Shown: piece by piece, positions 54,175 through 64,000 of the stretch
How the letters are laid out: every line of letters begins with the position of its first letter
How positions within the stretch are numbered: the stretch's first letter is position 1
DNA from: Enterococcus saccharolyticus subsp. saccharolyticus
GTDB lineage: Bacteria; Bacillota; Bacilli; Lactobacillales; Enterococcaceae
Length of the DNA stretch: 64,000 nucleotides
Direction of reading: 5' to 3'
Assembly (NCBI RefSeq): GCF_029023825.1
Contig: NZ_CP118957.1
Span: 1,571,794 to 1,635,793, forward strand
Made by a program: the position numbers and the translations under genes
Notes under the pieces: model-generated
The model's input: the letters and a program-made list of their open reading frames with translations, nothing else
Told to the model about the DNA's origin: nothing
Database searches by the model: none

Positions 54175-56265
54175 TTATTCTGCTAGATATAAATCATAAT
54201 AAGCATCCATAATTTGACGTGTTAAGTCAAGATTGGGTGTGCCACGATTTTCTCCTTTTAATTGCGGAATGACTACAGATACAGCAATTTCAGGATCTGC
54301 ATACGGTCCATACGCAACCATGTTCAAGTTGTCCACATCAATTGCTTTACCATTAACATAGATTACACGTTCAGCCGTTCCTGTTTTAGCAGCTACATCC
54401 ATCTTAGCTGCCGTTAATGAGCGTGCAGTGGTATAAGGATCATTTCCATGAACGACTTGATAAAAACCTTCTTGCAGTAATTTCATATCTGATTCCGGAA
54501 TATCAATTTCATTTAAAACAGTCGACGCAATTTCTTTCTTTAACTCACCTAAATTCCCATTTTGGTCATTGCCATAGATACCTGATACTAAATGTGGTTG
54601 CATACGCTTGCCACCATTCGCTACGGTTGAAACATATTGGGCAAGTTGCATGGCTGTATACGTATCAAACTGGCCAAAAGCTAAGTCTAGCACTTTCCCT
54701 GCATCATTGTTTTCATCTGATAGACTAGACACACTTGGTCGTAATCCAGTTTCTTCATTTGGTAAATCAATGCCCGTCTCTACGCCTAATCCATATGAGC
54801 CCATAGCATCACGTAGTTTTTTATAAACGTCTTCTTGGCTTGTGACACCAGGGATATACAAATCGCCCCCTTTGTAATCAATATCCATTAAACGAAGAGC
54901 AATTTGAATCATATAAGAGTTGGAAGATAATTCAAGAGCTTGAACAACATTCAAATTACGGTTGTTGTACCCTAATTTATTAAAAATAGAGGCTTTGGTA
55001 CTTCCTGGCAAATAAATTGGTTGATCATAAATGACCTCATTTCCTTTAATCACACCATTTTCCCAACCCGCAGTAATCGTTGCAGCTTTCATCACAGATC
55101 CGGGTTCAAATGCTGCTTGATACGTGCCAATTGCATTTTCAGTTAATTCATTGGTTTCAATGTCATGATGATAACCCGACATAGCCATAATCCCACCCGT
55201 CTTAGGATTCATTGCTACCACATAAATTCCTGGAGAGTATTCTGCTACTTTTGTATCAATTAAATTTTGATACAGATTTTTAACCAACTCGTCTACTTTG
55301 GCTTGGAAAGCTGTATCAATTGTTAATACTAAATTATCGCCTTTTTCTCCAGGTGAAAGTTCTTTTTGACTTTCGATGGTACCATCATTACTGATTTTCA
55401 CTTCTTGCTGTGATTTCACACCTTGAAGAACATCTTCATATTGCTTTTCCAAAAAGCTTGTACCAACTCGGTCGTTGAGCGCGTAACCTTTTGCTAAATA
55501 TTCTTCCGCATTTTCTGCTTGTAATCCTTCTGTCGACACTCGACCAATCACACTTTTCAATGAATTGTTTGCTGTCCGTAACGATCTTGTCCAGTCTGTC
55601 CCTGTTGATACTCCAGGTAGTTCTTGGACACGTTCAGAAACCAAAGCTAATTCTTTGTCGGTGACATCTTGGTTCTTTATAAAAACTGTTTTTAATTGTT
55701 GTGCGCTATTCAAACGTTTAAATAAAGTCGCCACTTTTAATTGCTCATCATCAAATTTGATTTCATCATCGGTAACTTTTTCAACTAAAAAATCATATTC
55801 TTTTGAAGTACCTGCAAGTTTTTCCTTAGCAGTTAATCGGTCTCTTGCCTCATTTAAATGTTCTTTATCTGCTAACCAAAAATCTTTTAAATCTCGTTTG
55901 GTCAATGAATCCTCGGCTTCAATATCAATTAATTCATTTAAACGCGTCGCAATATCTAATAAATCATTGGCAGTCATTTCAATGCCACGTGTAAAAGTAA
56001 TCGCCGCATTCGCTTTATTTTCGACTAAGGCTTCACCTGAAGCGTCATAAATCATTCCTCGAGGGGTACTTCCTTGAATAGTAATAACGGAAGAAGCTTT
56101 TAATTGTTGTTCAAGATGATTGCTGTTTATAATTTGTAAATGTCCTAATTGTGCAATTAAGATCACAAATAATGTAAAGATAACAAAAAATAATAAATTT
56201 AATCGAAAAGGAACATGTGATTTCCGATTGGCATTTCCAGAGAAGTTCTTTTTAAATTTCTGCAT
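54175..56265 (-). CDS. pbp2B: Class B penicillin-binding protein (PBP2B-type transpeptidase).
   Basis: N-terminal TM segment, dimerisation domain, and the transpeptidase SxxK/SxN/KTG(T) motifs (SVMK, SSN, KTGTA). Confidence 0.9.
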   Translation of the reverse strand: MQKFKKNFSGNANRKSHVPFRLNLLFFVIFTLFVILIAQLGHLQIINSNHLEQQLKASSVITIQGSTPRGMIYDASGEALVENKANAAITFTRGIEMTANDLLDIATRLNELIDIEAEDSLTKRDLKDFWLADKEHLNEARDRLTAKEKLAGTSKEYDFLVEKVTDDEIKFDDEQLKVATLFKRLNSAQQLKTVFIKNQDVTDKELALVSERVQELPGVSTGTDWTRSLRTANNSLKSVIGRVSTEGLQAENAEEYLAKGYALNDRVGTSFLEKQYEDVLQGVKSQQEVKISNDGTIESQKELSPGEKGDNLVLTIDTAFQAKVDELVKNLYQNLIDTKVAEYSPGIYVVAMNPKTGGIMAMSGYHHDIETNELTENAIGTYQAAFEPGSVMKAATITAGWENGVIKGNEVIYDQPIYLPGSTKASIFNKLGYNNRNLNVVQALELSSNSYMIQIALRLMDIDYKGGDLYIPGVTSQEDVYKKLRDAMGSYGLGVETGIDLPNEETGLRPSVSSLSDENNDAGKVLDLAFGQFDTYTAMQLAQYVSTVANGGKRMQPHLVSGIYGNDQNGNLGELKKEIASTVLNEIDIPESDMKLLQEGFYQVVHGNDPYTTARSLTAAKMDVAAKTGTAERVIYVNGKAIDVDNLNMVAYGPYADPEIAVSVVIPQLKGENRGTPNLDLTRQIMDAYYDLYLAE

Positions 56266-56469
56266 GATGACATTCCTTCCATACTCAAGCTACTGTCTTA
56301 TTTTACCAAAAAAAAAAATTAAAAAAAGAGAAAAACGCGATACTTATGGAAAAACCAATATTTTTTACAAAATACCCATTTGTTTCACAGAATGTTTAAA
56401 TCCTCTGTTTTTTTCTTATAAATAAGCATTTGCACGTGAAACATTACAGACTGTCCGCTCATTTGTGGA

Positions 56470-56505
56470 CAACTAAAAAAAGCGACTCATCGCGAGCCGC
56501 TTTTA
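56470..56505 (-). terminator. Terminator downstream of the LCP gene.
   Basis: Minus-strand hairpin GCGGCTCGCG...GAGTCGC followed by a T-run. Confidence 0.55.
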
Positions 56506-56511
56506 GCTTTC

Positions 56512-57606
56512 TTAATATGCTACTTCTATTGTTTCTTCTACATCTGTATCATTATAATAAGGTTCATCTTCAGGATCAGCAACAGAAGTATGATCGACAC
56601 CATCTACAGAATCATCATAAAATTGATTGCCAATATACCCATTGTAAGAATATTGGAACTGTGAATCAATCTCAAGCGTTTTACTTGTTGGTAATTCCAA
56701 CTGTTCTTTCAATATATTTTGGACATTCAATAACTCAGTGATACCTAAAATTTGATAATACACATCATTGATCATTTGTCCGTTACCTTCTAATTGATGT
56801 TGCTTAATCGTATTAAAGGCTGGATAATAGTTGGTTGCGATATCTAACATATCATTCCAAGTTAAATCAGTCTTAGAATTTTTCTCTACAGCTTTTAAAA
56901 TTTCTTGATAGTTACTAACACCATCTAAACTTAATACTTTTTGAACAATTTTTGTCACAACTTCACGTTGACGACGTTGGCGACCAATGTCACCATCTGG
57001 ATCATCATAACGCATACGCGCATACGCTAATCCTGTTTTCCCATCCAAGGTAATCTTCCCTGCAGGAACGTGAACTTTTTCTAAAGTAAAATCAATTTTA
57101 TTATTTACTTCAATCCCACCGACTGCATCAATTAAATCACGCATGCCCTGCATGTTGATTGTGACATAATGGTCAATAGGAATATCTAATAATTTTTCTA
57201 CGGCATCCATTGCAAGTTCTACACCGCCGTATGCATAAGCGTGGTTCAACTTATCAAACGTTACACCATCTAACATATCAGCCAAAATATCACGATCTAA
57301 ACTAACAATTGTGGACTCTTTTTTCTCAGGGTTGACTGTTACCACCATCATACTGTCTGAACGGCCTTGGTCAGTTCGACCAAGTGCTCCTGTGTCAATC
57401 CCTAATAAAAGAATTGAAAAAGGATCTCGATCCTCAATACTTACTGCTATGTCTCGTTTTTTGGTCTTTCGATTGGCAGCTTGACTAATATTATCAATGA
57501 CATCATTAATGTCATCAAACGCTCGCATGCCATAAATCGTGAATCCAATGACAATTGCAGCTAATATGCCTAAAATTCCTATAACTATTTTTTGATATAA
57601 ACGCAT
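56512..57606 (-). CDS. LytR-CpsA-Psr (LCP) family cell-wall polymer phosphotransferase.
   Basis: N-terminal TM segment and the LCP core. Start at MRLYQK with RBS AAAGAGGTG. Confidence 0.85.
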   Translation of the reverse strand: MRLYQKIVIGILGILAAIVIGFTIYGMRAFDDINDVIDNISQAANRKTKKRDIAVSIEDRDPFSILLLGIDTGALGRTDQGRSDSMMVVTVNPEKKESTIVSLDRDILADMLDGVTFDKLNHAYAYGGVELAMDAVEKLLDIPIDHYVTINMQGMRDLIDAVGGIEVNNKIDFTLEKVHVPAGKITLDGKTGLAYARMRYDDPDGDIGRQRRQREVVTKIVQKVLSLDGVSNYQEILKAVEKNSKTDLTWNDMLDIATNYYPAFNTIKQHQLEGNGQMINDVYYQILGITELLNVQNILKEQLELPTSKTLEIDSQFQYSYNGYIGNQFYDDSVDGVDHTSVADPEDEPYYNDTDVEETIEVAY

Positions 57607-57741
57607 CCTGCACCTCTTTCTAATAGAGCAACCGTTTAAATTTTGCCACAATTTAGAATTTGTATCAATATTACAATAGTTTTATTACATAAACTTAACA
57701 ATTCTGAAACATAAATGAAAAGGAAATGGAACCCCATCTCC

Positions 57742-58551
57742 TTAAATATAATCTACAAATTTTGCACGGAATTTCATGTGTAAATGGCTGCCCAAGATGA
57801 GTAGAATCAATACCATGCCCCAGAAAATAAAGCCATACGTCGTTTTTTCCCAAAACCAAGCACGATTTAAGAAGGTATCTCTAAAGCCTTCAATAATATA
57901 ATAAATGGGATTAATTCGTAAAACTTTCACTAATACAGGCGGTAAGTTTCTATTTTGAATATCCCAAATTGGTCCAGAAACATAAAATAGTAAACGTAAC
58001 ACCGATTGTAAGAAAATATGATAGTCACGAATTAAAACTGTAATCGTTGCATTTAATAAACCAAAGGCAAATAAAAAGACAAACATACAGAAAAAGTAAT
58101 AAATGTATTGTAACCAATACAATGACGGTGTTCCTCCAAAACCTAAAACCGTCACAATTACGATAGCCAGCATTGGAAAATACGACGACAAATTACTTAC
58201 AATATTAATTGTTGGCAAGACACTCACTGGAAACTTCATTTTAGCCACCATACCGACTTGGCGATGGATACTATTTGAAGCACCTAAAATGGATGAATTG
58301 ACATAAAACCATACGGTGATCCCAATTAACATCCAGACAATAAATGGGACGCCGGAAATTTCTCTTCCTTGGTTAACACCTACACCGAACACCAGATAAT
58401 AAATACCAATTTGAATCACAGGATTCAAAATTTGCCATGCTAGACCCAAATAATGGCTTTGATAAGTCGCTTTGTCTTCATAGCGAGACATACGAAAAAT
58501 CATGCCCATATGTTGGAACTGTTCTTTAATAACAGCGACAATTTCTTTCAC
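57742..58551 (-). CDS. tagG: ABC-2-type polysaccharide/teichoic-acid exporter permease (TagG-like).
   Basis: Six TM ABC-2 permease, adjacent to a TagH-like ATPase. Confidence 0.85.
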   Translation of the reverse strand: MKEIVAVIKEQFQHMGMIFRMSRYEDKATYQSHYLGLAWQILNPVIQIGIYYLVFGVGVNQGREISGVPFIVWMLIGITVWFYVNSSILGASNSIHRQVGMVAKMKFPVSVLPTINIVSNLSSYFPMLAIVIVTVLGFGGTPSLYWLQYIYYFFCMFVFLFAFGLLNATITVLIRDYHIFLQSVLRLLFYVSGPIWDIQNRNLPPVLVKVLRINPIYYIIEGFRDTFLNRAWFWEKTTYGFIFWGMVLILLILGSHLHMKFRAKFVDYI

Positions 58552-58597
58552 AAAACTCTTCCTTTTCTATCTAAATTGAGTAATCAATTTATTTCTA

Positions 58598-59659
58598 TTA
58601 TTTAAAAATACTGGTTATAACCTCTATAGGATGTCCGATTGAATAACTCAATGAACGTTCGCTAAATGATACCAGGGTACAAAACATCGTTGCTAGAATT
58701 GTTCCAGTCAATAACAGCTTTGTTCCTACGGTCATTTTCTCTCCTAAAGGTGTACGTTTTAAATTTTTATCGATAATTTTTGCAGAAAGTTGCTGCGATT
58801 TTAATTCGGCATCACCTTGTGCCACACGTTGAGTTAACTCTTCCAAGTCAAAGGCTTTCTGGGCTTCTTTTTGATCATCTTGATATTTCTTTTGTTCTGC
58901 TTTGGGTTGTTTTTTAAACCAATCGATAAATTGACGATATTCTTTCATCACTTCATTGGTTGGTCCAAACATGCGTAAATCACCATAATGCATCCAAATA
59001 GTTTTGTCACATAATTTTTCAACTTGCCCTAACGCATGGCTTACAAAGAAAATTGTTTTGCCTTGCTCTTTAAATTCCATAATTTTATCAACACATTTTT
59101 GATAAAAGGTTTCGTCTCCTACAGACAATGCTTCATCAATAACTAAAATGTCAGGGTTATTATGAACAGCAATCGCAAACCCTAAACGAGAACGCATCCC
59201 ACTAGAATAACTTTTAACTGGTTGATTGATAAAATCACCTAAATCCGCAAAAGCGATGATGTCATCTAGCTTCTCATCAATTTCTTTATTAGTCATTCCT
59301 GACATTAAGGCTTTCAAACGAATATTTTCCATTCCTGTTAATTGAAATTTCAATCCAGCACCAATCGAAATAATCGATGTTTCACCATTCACTTCCATGG
59401 TTCCAGATGTCGGTGGAATAATCCCACTAATCACGTTAGATAACGTTGATTTACCAGAACCATTAATTCCGATAATCCCGACAGATTCGCCTGCTTTTAC
59501 TTCAAAATTTACCCCTTTTAATGCCCAAAAGCGAGGAACATTTCGGTGATAAAATTTAAACAGCGCTTTTATTTTATCTGATTTTTTCTTATACAGATCG
59601 TACTCTTTAGTTACGAGAGTACTTCTTACTTTGATTTCATTATTTTTCAATTTATTCAT
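58598..59659 (-). CDS. tagH: Teichoic-acid/polysaccharide export ABC ATPase (TagH-like) with a C-terminal membrane anchor.
   Basis: Walker [10 protein letters not shown], signature LSGG-like YSSGM, Walker B VIDEAL, and a C-terminal hydrophobic segment. Confidence 0.85.
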   Translation of the reverse strand: MNKLKNNEIKVRSTLVTKEYDLYKKKSDKIKALFKFYHRNVPRFWALKGVNFEVKAGESVGIIGINGSGKSTLSNVISGIIPPTSGTMEVNGETSIISIGAGLKFQLTGMENIRLKALMSGMTNKEIDEKLDDIIAFADLGDFINQPVKSYSSGMRSRLGFAIAVHNNPDILVIDEALSVGDETFYQKCVDKIMEFKEQGKTIFFVSHALGQVEKLCDKTIWMHYGDLRMFGPTNEVMKEYRQFIDWFKKQPKAEQKKYQDDQKEAQKAFDLEELTQRVAQGDAELKSQQLSAKIIDKNLKRTPLGEKMTVGTKLLLTGTILATMFCTLVSFSERSLSYSIGHPIEVITSIFK

Positions 59660-59757
59660 CCATCCTCAAAAACTCTTCTAAACAATAAAAAATCATAGTT
59701 ATCATACCACATTTTTTTACGAAGGAACATTTATCCTTTAGAAAGTAAAGGAAACAT

Positions 59758-59780
59758 TAAAAAAGTCGAGGAGTCTCGAC
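59758..59780 (-). terminator. Terminator of tagD.
   Basis: GTCGAG-GAGT-CTCGAC hairpin with a T-run on the minus strand. Confidence 0.65.
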
Positions 59781-60185
59781 TTAGTTTTCATTTAATTTTA
59801 AATCTTTTTTGATTTGTGTTGTTGAAATTTCTGGTGTACGAGCTAAATAAATGACTTCTGCCTCTGTTTGTTCTTGGATAAAGTCAAATTCACCTGCCCA
59901 ATCATCGCCCATCACAAAGGTATCGATATGATATTCTTTAATATCTGAAACTTTTTGCTCCCAACTATTTTCAGGAATCACCAAATCTACATAACGAATG
60001 GCTTCTAATAATTGTTTTCTTTTTTCAAAAGAAAAATAGCATTTCTTTTGTTTTTTATCCCAATTAAATTCATCTGTCGACAAAGCAACAACTAAATAAT
60101 CACCTTGTTCTTTTGCACGACGCAATAAGTTTATATGACCATAATGCAACAAATCAAATGTTCCATACGTAATTATTCGTTTCAT
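59781..60185 (-). CDS. tagD: Glycerol-3-phosphate cytidylyltransferase.
   Basis: HxGH nucleotidyltransferase motif (TYGTFDLLHYGHINLL), 134 aa. Confidence 0.95.
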   Translation of the reverse strand: MKRIITYGTFDLLHYGHINLLRRAKEQGDYLVVALSTDEFNWDKKQKKCYFSFEKRKQLLEAIRYVDLVIPENSWEQKVSDIKEYHIDTFVMGDDWAGEFDFIQEQTEAEVIYLARTPEISTTQIKKDLKLNEN

Positions 60186-60253
60186 AATTAAAACCTCATT
60201 TATTATTTAATATAATTGAAGATAACAAAAAAACGCTAAAATAGCAACAAAAG

Positions 60254-60281
60254 AAAAACCACAAAGAGCGTTCTTTGTGGT
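60254..60281 (-). terminator. Terminator of the second csp gene.
   Basis: CCACAAAGA...TCTTTGTGG hairpin followed by a T-run on the minus strand. Confidence 0.7.
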
Positions 60282-60291
60282 TCAGTTCTGA

Positions 60292-60492
60292 TTAAAGTTT
60301 TGTTACTTCTGCCGCTTGAGGACCGCGAGAACCTTCAACAATTGTAAATTCTACTTCTTGTCCTTCTTCAAGTGCTTTAAAACCATCACCTTGAATTGCT
60401 GAAAAATGAACGAACACGTCGTTGCCATTATCCGCAGTAATAAAGCCAAAACCTTTTTCATTGTTAAACCATTTCACTGTTCCATGTTCCAT
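60292..60492 (-). CDS. csp: Cold-shock protein, CspA family (paralog of 3531..3731).
   Basis: [18 protein letters not shown]...VFVHFSAIQ. Confidence 0.95.
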   Translation of the reverse strand: MEHGTVKWFNNEKGFGFITADNGNDVFVHFSAIQGDGFKALEEGQEVEFTIVEGSRGPQAAEVTKL

Positions 60493-60563
60493 ATAAATGA
60501 TGCCTCCAAAATAGTAAAATAACGAATATTTTCGTCACAAATATTATAACAAAAATGAAAACG

Positions 60564-61079
60564 TTAGCAACAGTTTTTTTCAAAAAGATAATCTATCATC
60601 AAAAATCCTTGACCAATATCTGCAATATCCTCTTTGATTAATTTAAATCCACGATGTTGATAAACAGCAATTGCCTGGCTATTTTTCTGATTCACTCGCA
60701 AGCGCTGTTTTAATTTCAATTCTTGGCTTAATTGATCGTACCAATCAAAAACTTCTCGCATAAGTCCTTGGCCACGATATGCTTGATGAATATAAATTTT
60801 ACTTAAATACAAATAGTCTGGTTTCACTTCATATGCCGTATAGCCGACACATGTATTTTCTAAAAATAACAGATAATACTGCGTTCCTTGTTGCATCTCT
60901 TGGCGAATATTTTCAGGCCCCTGATAAGTTTCTAGCATATAAGCCACTTGTGAACTACCAATAATTGGCGTGTACACTTCTTGCCAAATTTCAGTAATAA
61001 TTGGATGAATAGTTTTAATATCTGCTTCAGTTACTTTTCTACGTTCTAACACGTTCTCTCTCCTTACAATAACACTCAA
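60564..61079 (-). CDS. GNAT-family N-acetyltransferase, 171 aa, intact.
   Basis: GNAT motif-A-like region (QAYRGQGLMREVF). Confidence 0.75.
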   Translation of the reverse strand: MSVIVRRENVLERRKVTEADIKTIHPIITEIWQEVYTPIIGSSQVAYMLETYQGPENIRQEMQQGTQYYLLFLENTCVGYTAYEVKPDYLYLSKIYIHQAYRGQGLMREVFDWYDQLSQELKLKQRLRVNQKNSQAIAVYQHRGFKLIKEDIADIGQGFLMIDYLFEKNCC

Positions 61080-61081
61080 TC

Positions 61082-61112
61082 AAAAAAAGCAGATAGAATA
61101 ATTCTACCTGCT
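61082..61112 (-). terminator. Terminator of sodA.
   Basis: AGCAGGTAGAAT...ATTCTATCTGCT hairpin followed by a T-run on the minus strand. Confidence 0.6.
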
Positions 61113-61128
61113 CGAACGATTTCAACAA

Positions 61129-61737
61129 TTATTTTGCTGCGTTGTATAATTCGTTTGCTTTTTCCCAGTTCACTAAGTTCCAGAAAGCATCAATATAGTC
61201 TGGACGAACATTTTTGTAGTTTAAGTAATACGCGTGTTCCCAAACGTCTAAACCAACAATTGGTGTACGACCATCCATTAATGGAGAATCTTGATTTGGT
61301 GTAGAAGTCACTTCTAATAACCCATTATTTAAAGCTAACCAAGCCCAACCAGAACCAAATCGGCTAGTCGCTGCTGCTTTAAATTCTGCTTTGAATGCAT
61401 CAAAGCTACCAAATTTTTCGTCAATCGCTGCTTTTAGCTCGCCTACAGGTTCGCCACCAGCGTTTGGTGCCATAATTTCCCAAAAGAATGTATGGTTTGC
61501 ATGTCCACCACCATTGTTGCGTACGGCTGTGCGAATATCTTCAGGAACTGCTGCTAAATCAGAAATTAAATCTTCTACAGATTTTTCGCCTAATTCAGGA
61601 TATTTTTCAACTGCTGCATTTAAGTTTGTCACATAAGTGTTATGGTGTTTGTCATGATGTAAATGCATTGTTTCAACATCAATGTGTGGTTCCAAAGCAT
61701 CGTAAGCATATGGTAAATCTGGTAATGTGTAAGTCAT
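61129..61737 (-). CDS. sodA: Superoxide dismutase [Mn/Fe].
   Basis: Metal-ligand motifs ([14 protein letters not shown]), 202 aa. Confidence 0.95.
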   Translation of the reverse strand: MTYTLPDLPYAYDALEPHIDVETMHLHHDKHHNTYVTNLNAAVEKYPELGEKSVEDLISDLAAVPEDIRTAVRNNGGGHANHTFFWEIMAPNAGGEPVGELKAAIDEKFGSFDAFKAEFKAAATSRFGSGWAWLALNNGLLEVTSTPNQDSPLMDGRTPIVGLDVWEHAYYLNYKNVRPDYIDAFWNLVNWEKANELYNAAK

Positions 61738-61822
61738 AGAATAATTCCTCCTAAATAGTTATTTACATTGTAAGATTATCAGAGAAAGCGATTTTCTTCA
61801 AAAAATATGCTTAGTTTTTTTC

Positions 61823-62251
61823 TCATTTACGTGTGAAAATTAAAAACTTACTGAAAACATAATTTGCAACAACTACTAGGACTTGCGTAAAGATTTTTGC
61901 GACGATATCTCCAGTATGAATGAGTTCAATTAACACATACATACTTCCCATGTCCATCACTAATGATAACAAACGATAAAAAACAAACTTTGAAAATTCC
62001 ATGACCCATTCTATGCTTGTTTCTGTTTTAGAATGAAAAACCCAACGTTTATTCGTGACAAAAGCAAATAAAATCGAAACAACCCATGAAACAACCGTAG
62101 CGACCATATAATGCCAACCAAATACATCTAAACAAGTAAAATGAACAGCAATATTAACAATTGTTGTTAAGACACCAAAAAAAAGATAAATAAAAACTTC
62201 CCATAATTTTCTTTCTTCTAATCGTTGTTTCCATTTCACTAAAAAATTCAT
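61823..62251 (-). CDS. GtrA-family membrane protein (polysaccharide/glycosylation-associated flippase-like).
   Basis: 142 aa with 4 TM segments, GtrA-like pattern. Confidence 0.7.
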   Translation of the reverse strand: MNFLVKWKQRLEERKLWEVFIYLFFGVLTTIVNIAVHFTCLDVFGWHYMVATVVSWVVSILFAFVTNKRWVFHSKTETSIEWVMEFSKFVFYRLLSLVMDMGSMYVLIELIHTGDIVAKIFTQVLVVVANYVFSKFLIFTRK

Positions 62252-62355
62252 AACTTCTTCTCCTTATTTGCTTTTTTATTATTTTGTTTCTATTTATCTT
62301 CTGATACAATAGACTTTAGTATTTTAAACTATTCATGTTATGAAGGGATTGTATC

Positions 62356-63159
62356 ATGTCATTAATTCAACTTGCAAAACACTCTTTTTTTAATTTCCCT
62401 CAATTAAAAGAGGCTCGAAAAGTCGGCTTAGGGAAAATTATCTTTTACATCTTTTTATTAAGTGCACTATCTGCGATTCCAATTACCTTTCAAGTCCTAC
62501 AAATTTTTAAGGACATTCAAACTGATGGGCAAGAAATCGCCAATCAAATTCCTGATTTTACCATTGAAGATGGAAAACTAAAAACTGAAAATGCTGAAAA
62601 AGGGTTTATTTACCAAACCAACTCCATTATTTTTACTTTTGATCCTGAAGGTCGCCGAACACCAGAAGATGTTTCAAAAGATATGGTCGGCAACTTTTTA
62701 AGCGTTGGTTTACTTTCAGAAGAATTGATTGTCACCTTGCCCTCAACTGACGCCACTAGTTCTATTTTAGGTGGAAACAAGTTAGAACTACTTTATACAG
62801 ATCTGACTAATCCTCAACTGCTTAACGGAAAAATGCTACGAGATATGTTAGAAAATCATCAAACACCTTGGTGGGTCTTTGTCATTATCTTTGCAGTTGC
62901 CTTGTATCCATCATTTTTGAGTTTGATTACTTCTATTTTGATTGCAACTTTATTTGGCAATATTTATTGTCGTTTCCGTCAAGTCCGTTATTCTTTTATC
63001 GATAACTTAAAAATTGCCACACTTTGCGTCACCTTGCCGGTTGTCGTCGCAACACTGGTTCATGCACTAACGTATACCTTTGATAGTAGCACCTTTATTT
63101 TATTAAGTACCTTATTCATTTTCACACGTGCTGTGCGTCCAGAAAAAAATATTACCTGA
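62356..63159 (+). CDS. DUF1189-family membrane protein.
   Basis: Multi-TM, 267 aa, conserved hypothetical membrane protein of Firmicutes. Confidence 0.55.
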   Translation: MSLIQLAKHSFFNFPQLKEARKVGLGKIIFYIFLLSALSAIPITFQVLQIFKDIQTDGQEIANQIPDFTIEDGKLKTENAEKGFIYQTNSIIFTFDPEGRRTPEDVSKDMVGNFLSVGLLSEELIVTLPSTDATSSILGGNKLELLYTDLTNPQLLNGKMLRDMLENHQTPWWVFVIIFAVALYPSFLSLITSILIATLFGNIYCRFRQVRYSFIDNLKIATLCVTLPVVVATLVHALTYTFDSSTFILLSTLFIFTRAVRPEKNIT

Positions 63160-63227
63160 CATTTCCATTTTGGGAATGTCTTTTTTTATAAAAGTTTGCT
63201 AGACTGAAAGAAAAGGAGGTATCATTT

Positions 63228-64000
63228 ATGATTAAATATATTTTATCTACACGCTCATTTCGCGAAGAATTTATTCGTCAAATGCGGGAAATTTCGACTG
63301 ACTATCAATTTATCACTACCGAAGAGATTCAGTCTTCCTTTGAATGGAACAAAGTAGAAATCACCCTTGGATGGTCGAAAGATTGGGCAGATAAATTACT
63401 TGTTCCTTCCACTTCATTAAAGTGGGTACAGGCTATTTCTGCAGGGGTCGACACCTTACCTTTAAATGAATTTGCAAAATATCAGATTAAATTATCTAAT
63501 GCAAGTGGAATCCATGCACAATCAATTACAGATCATATCTTAGCCATTTTATTTATGCAAAGTCGGGGGATTTTTGAAGCAATTAATAGCCAGCAACAAG
63601 CCCATTGGCAACAAGATGTGACCATTAATAATCTACAAGATTTACGTATTTTGATTGTCGGCACTGGAAAAATCGGACAACGCTTGGCAAAATGCTTAGA
63701 ATTTCTTCAATGTCACCCTATTGGTATTAACACTAATGGTCGAGCAATTGAGCATTTTCATGAAACATATTCGATTGTGGAATTGGCACCTCAAACGCAA
63801 AAAGCAGATGTCATTATCAATATTCTACCATTAACCGAAGATACCCATCATCTATACGACGACGATTTCTTTGCAACAATGAAAAAGTCAGCTACTTTTA
63901 TTAATGTTGGTCGTGGTGCAAGTGTGGATACTACGGCCCTTTATCAAGCATTACTTGATCATTCGATCCATTTTGCCGCACTCGATGTTTTTGAAGAAGA
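63228..64000 (+). CDS. D-isomer-specific 2-hydroxyacid dehydrogenase family protein (partial; runs off the window end).
   Basis: NAD-binding GxGxxG (VGTGKIG), with the His/Asp catalytic region beginning. RBS AAAGGAGG upstream of the ATG at 63228. Confidence 0.8.
   Translation, partial: MIKYILSTRSFREEFIRQMREISTDYQFITTEEIQSSFEWNKVEITLGWSKDWADKLLVPSTSLKWVQAISAGVDTLPLNEFAKYQIKLSNASGIHAQSITDHILAILFMQSRGIFEAINSQQQAHWQQDVTINNLQDLRILIVGTGKIGQRLAKCLEFLQCHPIGINTNGRAIEHFHETYSIVELAPQTQKADVIINILPLTEDTHHLYDDDFFATMKKSATFINVGRGASVDTTALYQALLDHSIHFAALDVFEE

Overview
Mostly core chromosome of a low-GC Firmicute (Lactobacillales, Enterococcus-like, about 36-37% GC by eye), almost all genes on the minus strand. 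Core content: a complete glycogen operon glgB-glgC-glgD-glgA-glgP plus a GH13 amylase; ppaC; pflA/pflB; parC/parE; plsY; the conserved smf(dprA)-topA-trmFO ... xerC-hslV-hslU-codY block, interrupted by an nfeD-flotillin operon and an IS200/IS605-family insertion; rbgA-rnhB; oleate hydratase; lepB-ctpA; msrA; degV; folA-thyA-ABC-F; a Na+/H+ antiporter; and a cell-envelope cluster (PBP2B, LCP, tagG/tagH-like exporter, tagD) followed by csp, sodA and gtrA. The first ~3.5 kb looks accessory. It carries a stand-alone tRNA-Leu(GAG), an orphan SH3_5 cell-wall-binding domain ORF (likely endolysin remnant), a GNAT acetyltransferase gene broken by two homopolymer frameshifts and preceded by a perfect 36-bp palindrome, and two exported-protein genes. 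The most interesting signal is that both exported-protein genes have promoters with the same architecture: two 9-bp direct repeats ACGTTCAGG-N12-ACGTTTNNG, exactly 31 bp upstream of an extended -10 with no credible -35. That layout is typical of LytTR-family (AgrA/ComE/PlnC/FsrA-type) response-regulator sites in peptide quorum-sensing regulons; the cognate regulator is not encoded in this window. No CRISPR arrays, rRNA or obvious defense islands were seen.
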